Below, piece by piece: positions 57,856 to 64,000 of a DNA stretch of 64,000 bases (positions are counted from its first letter, which is position 1; each line of letters opens with the position of its first letter). A program made the translations under genes and the position numbers. The stretch is taken from contig JBMFOT010000002.1 in NCBI GenBank assembly GCA_049969495.1, positions 4,406-68,405 on the forward strand, in the 5' to 3' direction. Origin of the DNA: Armatimonadota bacterium. Lineage in GTDB: Bacteria > Armatimonadota > HRBIN16. A model generated the notes under the pieces. That model was given only the letters and a program-made list of their open reading frames with translations. It did not search any database and had not been told where the DNA came from.

Positions 57856-57884
57856 TTGACAAAATGTTGCTTGGTTGTTATAAT
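57856..57884 (+). promoter_or_regulatory. Perfect consensus sigma70 promoter TTGACA-17-TATAAT with about 120-nt structured leader
   Basis: TTGACA at about 57856-61 and TATAAT at about 57879-84. The leader contains the palindromes ACGCGG-gac-GCCGCGT and GGTGCACC before the GAGGAGGTG Shine-Dalgarno. Confidence 0.6.
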
Positions 57885-58009
57885 CGGGGCAGCAATACGC
57901 GGGACGCCGCGTGAGTGCAAAATATCAGACTATCGACCCGTCTCCACAGCCTTGATGTAGCACGCAGGTGCACCACGCAGCGGCGCGTTCGTGTAGAGGA
58001 GGTGCTGAC

Positions 58010-58570
58010 ATGCTACGAACGTACGCTGACTGGTTACACCGCAATTTCTGTGCCGTTCCTACCCCTGTTGTCGCCTCCGCCGTAAAGGGCGGGTTGGTGC
58101 TGGAGCGTGTGGCGGGTGAGCCGCGCACCGACCACGAGTACAGCGCGTTGGGGTTGCCTCGTCACTCGCAGATGTGGCTGGTTTCCGCCGAACATTGCCA
58201 TCAGATGCTGTCCCAGCCGGAGATTCAAGAAGAGGTGGTGGTAGAAGCGGGCTTCATCATCTACCGCGACGGCGACGAGCGTATCTGGTTAGGACTGGAA
58301 CCCCGTGAAGCGGAGCTGGACCTGTCCGTGGATACCATGCTGGAGCGCCACATTAAACCGCTATACCATATCCTGCATGGGGAGGAAGAGGTCGCCAAGC
58401 TGGCAACAGTGGAGTACCGTATCGTGCGCACCACCGACGACCGCCTGATGGAACAACACCTGAACGAGCTGGTGTCGCATGGTTGGGAAATCACCCACTT
58501 CCAGGCGGTGATTATACAGGAAACGCGCTCCACGTTGTTCGTCGCTCTACTGCGAAAGAAGACGGAGTAG
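58010..58570 (+). CDS. Hypothetical protein with C-terminal DUF4177-like region
   Basis: GAGGAGGTG RBS, 186 aa. The C-terminal VEYRIVRTTDDRLMEQHLNELVSHGWEITHFQAV...LFVALLRKK resembles DUF4177. Confidence 0.45.
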   Translation: MLRTYADWLHRNFCAVPTPVVASAVKGGLVLERVAGEPRTDHEYSALGLPRHSQMWLVSAEHCHQMLSQPEIQEEVVVEAGFIIYRDGDERIWLGLEPREAELDLSVDTMLERHIKPLYHILHGEEEVAKLATVEYRIVRTTDDRLMEQHLNELVSHGWEITHFQAVIIQETRSTLFVALLRKKTE

Positions 58571-59884
58571 CTACAGGTCACCCATCGCGCGCAGCAGGCG
58601 AGCCTGCGCCATGGACTGCTCGGTTTGCGCTTCCAGTAGCCGGGTGCGTGCTTCGGTCAGCGCGGCAAGGGCGTCGATTTGCTCCACCAGAGGGGCTTTA
58701 CCCTCGTGTACGCGCAGTGCAGCAACGCGATACGCTTCTTCGGCGTCTTTCAGCGCAGCATCAGCGGTGGCAAGGTTGGCGGTGGCGGTCTGGATGTCCA
58801 GCCACGCCTGTCGCACCTCACTTTCTACCTGCAGTTGCAGGGCACGTGAGATGGCCGTTTCCGCTTGCTCGCGGGAGGTGGCTTCGCGTACCTGCGCCTG
58901 TAGCTGTCCACCCGTCCAAATCGGCACGCTGACCATCAGCGCTACTGTGTAGCCTGACTGTGCTTTCATCCCCTCTTCTTTCATCCAGTCCTGCGAAGCG
59001 GTCAGGTACGCCTGTGGCAACAGTGCCCCCTCCGCAGCCCGACGCTCCAGTGTTGTCATACGGAGGCGTGCCTGTTGAGATTGCAGCAAAGCGCGTCGCT
59101 GCAAACCGCGCTTGACCGCTCCCTCCAGCGTATCGGGCAATGTGAAGGCGGGGGGTTCCAGCTGCTGGGGCAGGACCACCTCGCCGGTCGGCGATAATCC
59201 GATACTCACCTGCAGGTCAATTAAGCTCTTGTGGAAGTCGTTGGCGGCAGTGGTCAACGCTTGTTTCGCATCCGCTTCCGCCGCACGACTGCGCAACACA
59301 AACGCCAGAGGCGCCTTGCCGGTCTCATACATCTGTTCCATAATACGCGTTTGCTCTTGCTGGGCTTCATATCGCTTCTTTGCCACTTCTACCAGCTCCC
59401 GGCGCAGCAACGCCTGCAAATAGCGCATGATAACCTCCAGGCGCACCTCCTGGTGCATCTCCTGCACCTCGGCGGACATCGCTTCGGTTTCGGCACGGGC
59501 GGCGCGCGCCATCATCTGCAGTCTCCCACCGGTGAACAGCGGCAGGGAAAGCTTTACCTGCGACGAGGCAAAGCCGTCGCGTGACGCCATGCGCATAGAG
59601 TCGGGCATCACCCCTGGCGCAGACGCCAGCATGTTGTCTACCGTGCCCTGCGCCAGCCAGCCCGATACGGAAACCTGCGGCGATAACATGGCAGATGCTG
59701 CCCGGGCGCGAGCAACCGACTCATCCCGACGCGCCTGCACTGCTTGCAGGCGCGGATTGTGCTTTTCTGCCAACGATAGCGCTTCCTGCAAAGAGAGCAC
59801 CTGCTGCGCCCATGATGGTGTAGACAACAGGAGCAACCACCCAACCACGAACAGGCTTCGATAGCGCACGATATACCTCCTCAT
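58571..59884 (-). CDS. TolC-like outer membrane efflux protein (OEP family)
   Basis: Signal peptide MRRYIVRYRSLFVVGWLLLLSTPSWAQQ. Two OEP repeats have the coiled-coil / beta-barrel pattern. Confidence 0.7.
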   Translation of the reverse strand: MRRYIVRYRSLFVVGWLLLLSTPSWAQQVLSLQEALSLAEKHNPRLQAVQARRDESVARARAASAMLSPQVSVSGWLAQGTVDNMLASAPGVMPDSMRMASRDGFASSQVKLSLPLFTGGRLQMMARAARAETEAMSAEVQEMHQEVRLEVIMRYLQALLRRELVEVAKKRYEAQQEQTRIMEQMYETGKAPLAFVLRSRAAEADAKQALTTAANDFHKSLIDLQVSIGLSPTGEVVLPQQLEPPAFTLPDTLEGAVKRGLQRRALLQSQQARLRMTTLERRAAEGALLPQAYLTASQDWMKEEGMKAQSGYTVALMVSVPIWTGGQLQAQVREATSREQAETAISRALQLQVESEVRQAWLDIQTATANLATADAALKDAEEAYRVAALRVHEGKAPLVEQIDALAALTEARTRLLEAQTEQSMAQARLLRAMGDL

Positions 59885-60049
59885 TTCCACATTTCTACAG
59901 CCAATAGAATAATACGCATCTATTGTACGCAATGTCTCCCGAGAGGTCAAGGAGCAATCCGCCTGCTTGTCCACCGAAATGTCGGATCGTTCGTCGCTAC
60001 CGGAGCTGTGAAGGGGGGTTCCTGCTTAATCGTCGGTGAACCCCTTTAC

Positions 60050-60979
60050 TTATTCCTCGCTCTTCGCCCGTGGGTGTGCCTTTCGGTAAACCTCTTTCAA
60101 CCGTTCGCGACTGACGTGGGTGTAAATCTGCGTGGTAGTCAGGTTGGCGTGTCCCAGCAGTTCCTGCACGGTGCGCAGGTCGGCTCCGCTATCCAGCAGG
60201 TGCGTGGCAAACGAGTGGCGCAGGGAGTGTGGTGTGGGCTTGAAGTCGCTGTTCAAGCCCGGCGCATAGCGGTCTATCACCCGGCGCACACTGCGGTCGG
60301 TCAAGCGCGTTCCGCGTGCGTTCAGAAAGAGCCAGCCTTCCTCTTTTGCCTGCCCCTTTGCCAGCAGACGCGGGCGGGCACGGCTCACCCATTCGCTTAA
60401 CGCCTCCTGCGCTGCCCGCCCGAAGAGCACGATTCGCGCCTTGTTCCCTTTGCCCAACACCTGGATAGCGTTCTGGCTCCAGTCGATATCCTGCAGGCGC
60501 AGGCTGGTCAACTCACCTACGCGCATACCGGTAGCGTAGAGCAGCTCCAGAATCGCCCTGTCGCGAACCGAGAGCGGGTCGTCGCCGTCGGGGGCGGTGA
60601 GAAGCCGGTTGACTTGCTGTTGTGCCAGCACCTTGGGCAGCTGCTGGTCGTGACGGGGAGCGTGTACAGCCTGCGCAGGGTTGCTGGACACGATGCCGCG
60701 ATGTTGCAGATACTTGAAGAACGCCCGCAGGGCGGCGATTTTGCGCTCGATACTGCGCGGCGACATCGCCAGTCGGTGCAGCTCCGCCAGAAACGCGCGC
60801 ACGGTGGCAGGTTGTACATCCTGCCAGCGCGTCCGGGGATATTCTCGTTCCAGAAACTCTGTGAACTGCACGATATCTCGTGCGTAGCCACGCAGGGTGT
60901 TCTCGGAGGCGCGTCGGCGGTGCCGCAGGTCGGCGGCGAAGGCATCTATCCAGGCGTAGAGGTTATCGGCGGATTGCAT
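60050..60979 (-). CDS. Tyrosine recombinase XerC/XerD family (chromosome dimer resolution)
   Basis: The catalytic region is RHSFATHLLDSGADLRTVQELLGHANLTTTQIYTHV. The start is at the internal Met, which has a GGGGGAG RBS. It is conserved next to trmFO, as in the Bacillus gid-codV arrangement. Confidence 0.8.
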   Translation of the reverse strand: MQSADNLYAWIDAFAADLRHRRRASENTLRGYARDIVQFTEFLEREYPRTRWQDVQPATVRAFLAELHRLAMSPRSIERKIAALRAFFKYLQHRGIVSSNPAQAVHAPRHDQQLPKVLAQQQVNRLLTAPDGDDPLSVRDRAILELLYATGMRVGELTSLRLQDIDWSQNAIQVLGKGNKARIVLFGRAAQEALSEWVSRARPRLLAKGQAKEEGWLFLNARGTRLTDRSVRRVIDRYAPGLNSDFKPTPHSLRHSFATHLLDSGADLRTVQELLGHANLTTTQIYTHVSRERLKEVYRKAHPRAKSEE

Positions 60980-62288
60980 CGAGAAACTCCCCCAGCGACC
61001 GCTGTGCTCTTTCCACCTTCGCAGCAACACGTGCGTGACGGTCGCGCACGGGCGGTTCCGGCTCCGGTAGCAAGCCAAAGTTCGCGTTCATCGGCTGGAA
61101 TTCCTTGCCTGCGTAATGGCTGATGTAGTCCAGCAGTGCTCCCATCATGGTGTCCGGCGGCGGTGCTACCGGTGGCATTCCCTTCACCAAACGCGCGGCA
61201 TTCAGCCCGGCAACGATACCGCACATCGCGCTCTCGATATAGCCTTCCACGCCCGTAATCTGCCCCGCGAAGAAGATGCCGGGCTCCGAGCGCAGCTGAA
61301 GGGTCGGCTCCAGCAGGGTCGGGGAGTGGATATAGGTATTGCGGTGCATCACACCGTAGCGTACAAACTCCGCGTTCTCCAGGCCGGGCACCAGGCGGAA
61401 CACGCGCTTCTGCTCGCCCCACTTGAGGCGTGTTTGACAGCCCACCAGCCCGTACAGCGTGCCCTGCAGGTTCTCCTGGCGCAGCTGCAGCACCGCATAG
61501 GGACGTTTGCCCGTGCGCGGGTCTACCAGACCAACCGGTTTGAAACGGCTGAAGCGGAGGGCGTCCCTGCCTCGCGCAGCAATCTCTTCGATGGGCAGGC
61601 AACCCTCGAAGTAACGGGGCTCCTCGAAGTCGTGTGGTTGTACCGTCTCCGCCGACAGCAGGGCGTCTACGAAGGCTTCGTACTCCTCGCGCGTCATGGG
61701 ACAGTTCAGGTAGGCGGCGTCGCCCTTGCCGTAGCGCGAGGCGACGAAGATGCGTTCCATATTCAGCGTGAGGGCATCCACGATAGGGGCAACCGCGTCG
61801 TAGAAGTAGAGGCGTTTACTGCCGGTGAGCCTGCCTATCGCCTGCGCCAGCGCATCGGAGGTAAGCGGACCGGTGGCGATGATGAGCGGGCGGTCAGGCG
61901 GGATGTCGGTGACCTCTTCGCGCACAATCTCTATCAGCGGATGGGCTTCCAGCCGCTGTGTTACCACCTGGGCGAACAGCTCGCGGTCCACCGCCAGTGC
62001 CTCACCCGCAGGCACAGCAACCTCCTCCGCGCACGCCAGCACTATCGAGCCGAGCTGGCGCATCTCCCACTTTAGCAAACCGGAGGCGGTGGTGACGAGA
62101 TTAGACTTGAAGGAGTTCGAGCAGACCGGCTCGGCGAGGTATGCGGTGTGGTGCACTGGCGTCTGACGCACCGGACGCATCTCGTACAGGCGCACTCGCA
62201 CGCCCGCCTGCGCCGCCGCCCACGCCGCCTCCGAACCGGCGAAACCGCCTCCGATGATGGTAATATGGGTCGTTGCGCTCATCCTCAT
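60963..62288 (-). CDS. trmFO: Methylenetetrahydrofolate--tRNA-(uracil54-C5)-methyltransferase TrmFO
   Basis: The FAD-binding ITIIGGGFAGSEAAWAAAQAGVRVRLYEMRP and overall length match. The start is placed at MRMSATT. Confidence 0.85.
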   Translation of the reverse strand: MRMSATTHITIIGGGFAGSEAAWAAAQAGVRVRLYEMRPVRQTPVHHTAYLAEPVCSNSFKSNLVTTASGLLKWEMRQLGSIVLACAEEVAVPAGEALAVDRELFAQVVTQRLEAHPLIEIVREEVTDIPPDRPLIIATGPLTSDALAQAIGRLTGSKRLYFYDAVAPIVDALTLNMERIFVASRYGKGDAAYLNCPMTREEYEAFVDALLSAETVQPHDFEEPRYFEGCLPIEEIAARGRDALRFSRFKPVGLVDPRTGKRPYAVLQLRQENLQGTLYGLVGCQTRLKWGEQKRVFRLVPGLENAEFVRYGVMHRNTYIHSPTLLEPTLQLRSEPGIFFAGQITGVEGYIESAMCGIVAGLNAARLVKGMPPVAPPPDTMMGALLDYISHYAGKEFQPMNANFGLLPEPEPPVRDRHARVAAKVERAQRSLGEFLDAIRR

Positions 62289-62345
62289 CGTTGAAAGGTC
62301 ATGCTCCGTCGCCATTACCACTTTAGTGTACCCCACTCTGGCATC

Positions 62346-62449
62346 TGACGCTCTAACTATTAGAGCGTCAATGATGAATCTTGGCTTCGCCCCTCTGGAG
62401 GGCGAACATCACATACCATAACGGCTCGGCAGGAGCCTCGCCCTCCAGA
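62346..62449. promoter_or_regulatory. Cluster of palindromes and a repeat in the divergent trmFO / DUF1559 intergenic region
   Basis: A perfect 11-bp inverted repeat TGACGCTCTAA-cta-TTAGAGCGTCA (about 62346-62370). A hairpin TTCGCCC-ctctgga-GGGCGAA (about 62386-62406). The family B repeat CGGCTCGGCAGGAGCCTCGCCCTCCAGA (62422-62449). TTGACA is at about 62459. Confidence 0.5.
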
Positions 62450-62542
62450 AGAATGAGCCTTGACAGACCACTGTGGCTATTGTAACCATCATCCCTGCTG
62501 TGTCATCATAAAGGATGGATCTTTTATTCTCAGGAGCGAGCC

Positions 62543-63136
62543 ATGAACCGCCGGACAATCGCTTTTACGCTGGTGGAGCTGCTCGTCGTGATTGCTATCA
62601 TCACGCTACTGGCGGCGATACTGTTCCCTGTGTTCGCGCAGGTGCGAGCGAACGCCCGACGCGCCTTGTGCATGAGCCAGCTGCGCCAGATAGGGATGGC
62701 GGCACGCATGTACCTGCAGGATTACGATGCCCTCCCACCCCGATTGAGCGCACTGTATCCCGCGTACCAGCCCTCCACGCCGCTGTTCATCTGCCCATCC
62801 GACTCGCAGAAGGGGCAACATCCGGGTAACCCGCGCCTCGAGGGCAACCTATACCTGCTGACGGGGGTCAGCTACGACTACATTCCCAATTGGGGCATTG
62901 CGCACGAACTGGGCTGGTGGCAGCCGTTCCCCAACTACGGCGAGGGCAAATGGGGCGAGCAGACCCCGCTGGTGGACTGCAACTGGCACTGGGCGACCTT
63001 CTTCAAGCTGGAGAACCGCCGCGACACCCCGCCGTCGGGTGCGGGGGGGTGGGTACTGGTGCTGTTACAGTCTGGCACGGTGAAGCCGGTGCATCTATCG
63101 TTGTACCCCGACAAGTTCAGCCCAGATGGGTCGTAG
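62543..63136 (+). CDS. DUF1559 protein with prepilin-type N-terminal methylation domain
   Basis: [49 protein letters not shown]. An AGGAG RBS is present. Confidence 0.8.
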   Translation: MNRRTIAFTLVELLVVIAIITLLAAILFPVFAQVRANARRALCMSQLRQIGMAARMYLQDYDALPPRLSALYPAYQPSTPLFICPSDSQKGQHPGNPRLEGNLYLLTGVSYDYIPNWGIAHELGWWQPFPNYGEGKWGEQTPLVDCNWHWATFFKLENRRDTPPSGAGGWVLVLLQSGTVKPVHLSLYPDKFSPDGS

Positions 63137-63206
63137 TCGCAGGAGGCTTTCCTTCTCTCGCGAATCCAGAGTTGATACACATTCGCGATGAGGAGGTTCA
63201 TGCACG

Positions 63207-64000
63207 GTGAAACGTATTCGGGTTGGAGCCATCGGCACGGGGGGCATCTTTCGTGGAGCGCACCTGTCTGCCTATCCCGACCTGCCTTCCTGCCAGCTGG
63301 TGGCTTTGTGTGACGTTTCGGAGCAGAGCCTGGCCGCTGCCGAGCGGCGCATGAAGGAGCTGTACGAACAGAAAGCACAACAGGCGGAAGAGCGCGGCGA
63401 CAAGGAGACCGCCGAACGCCTGCGACAAGACATTCAGGCGGTGAAGCTGTATCAGGACGTGCAGACGATGCTAAAAGAGGCACGCCTAGACCTGGTGGAC
63501 ATCTGCACGCAACCGAACCTGCACGCGCCGATGGCGATTGCCGCGCTGGAGGCAGGCGTGCACGTGATGTGCGAGAAGCCGATGGCGCGTACGTGGCTGG
63601 AGTGTGTGCGTGTGGTGGAGACCGTTCAACGTACGGGCAGGCTGTACCAGCACAATGAGAACTGGCTGTGGGACCCCTTCTATTACACCGCAAAGAAGCT
63701 GATTGACGCCGGTTGGATAGGCGAGCCGGTGATGATGTTTCTGGCGACGGCGCACGGCGGACCGGAAGGTAACCCCAACTTCTGGAACGCCGAAACGGGC
63801 GGAGGTGGCTCCCTGCTGGATAACGGCATTCACGCCGTCGGCGCGTCGTGGTATCTATCCGGGCTGGAGAAGCGACCGACCACCGTCAAAGCCGCCGAGC
63901 CGATAGGCATCACCATCCGCATGCCCCAACGCATCCTGTCCGGGCAGTTCCAGCAGGTGCGTGTGGAAGACGATGGGCACATCCTGATACGCTTCGAACA
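63207..64000 (+). CDS. Gfo/Idh/MocA family oxidoreductase (3' truncated by window edge)
   Basis: This ORF is not in the ORF track because there is no stop before the window end. GTG start with an AGGAGG RBS 10 nt upstream. VKRIRVGAIGTGGIFRGAHLSAYPDLPS is the Rossmann motif and EKPMA is the typical Gfo/Idh/MocA motif. Confidence 0.65.
   Translation, partial: MKRIRVGAIGTGGIFRGAHLSAYPDLPSCQLVALCDVSEQSLAAAERRMKELYEQKAQQAEERGDKETAERLRQDIQAVKLYQDVQTMLKEARLDLVDICTQPNLHAPMAIAALEAGVHVMCEKPMARTWLECVRVVETVQRTGRLYQHNENWLWDPFYYTAKKLIDAGWIGEPVMMFLATAHGGPEGNPNFWNAETGGGGSLLDNGIHAVGASWYLSGLEKRPTTVKAAEPIGITIRMPQRILSGQFQQVRVEDDGHILIRFE

Noticed and set aside
60050-60979. Tyrosine recombinase as a marker of an integrated mobile element or phage
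   Set aside because: It is adjacent to and overlaps trmFO, in the conserved trmFO(gid)-xerC(codV) arrangement seen in Firmicutes-type chromosomes. It is XerC/D-length (310 aa) with no att-like flanking repeats or phage genes, so it is most likely the chromosomal dimer-resolution recombinase.

Overview
This is a 64 kb high-GC (roughly 62-64% by eye) bacterial chromosomal segment with about 60 protein-coding genes. I found no rRNA, tRNA or CRISPR array. Three things suggest an Armatimonadota-like or PVC-like lineage, though this is only an inference: four paralogous DUF1559 prepilin-type (pseudopilin-like) genes, a Firmicutes-like flagellar gene order (flgB-flgC-fliE-fliF-fliG-fliH-fliI-fliJ-ylxF-like), and several secreted glycoside hydrolases.

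Left to right, the window contains:
- A truncated thioredoxin-like gene, a DUF554 membrane protein and an acyl-CoA ligase.
- A Gfo/Idh/MocA plus ThuA pair.
- An arabinan-degradation locus (GH51 arabinofuranosidase and GH127-like hydrolase) that brackets an unusual secreted secretin-N-like protein with a Gly/Trp/Tyr/Phe low-complexity tail.
- An O-antigen-ligase/TPR membrane protein and a 950-aa double-VWA BatA-like protein.
- An AraR-architecture regulator (GntR HTH plus LacI-type sugar-binding domain) flanked by DUF1559 genes.
- A low-GC islet carrying a small secreted protein.
- A BtuF/FecCD-type ABC importer lacking its ATPase.
- A FapA(DUF342)-like gene, a large polytopic membrane protein and an NDP-sugar/aminotransferase operon with ahcY.
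- A yhhQ-like/argH/argG operon on the minus strand.
- A c-di-GMP module: a GGDEF membrane sensor followed by two PilZ (YcgR-like) proteins.
- A DUF2089/DUF4097 (yvlAB-like) envelope module.
- A GH76-like protein.
- A long plus-strand operon in which Wza-like and CpsB-like capsule genes run by ATGA overlap into flagellar rod, MS-ring, C-ring and export-ATPase genes.
- A DUF4058 (Uma2-like nuclease fold) gene and a hypothetical gene with a perfect consensus promoter.
- A TolC-like gene, the conserved trmFO-xerC pair, another DUF1559 gene and a partial Gfo/Idh/MocA gene.

Two short interspersed repeat families and several tandem GC hairpin elements sit in intergenic regions. Coordinates of non-ORF features are hand-indexed and may be off by 1-2 nt.
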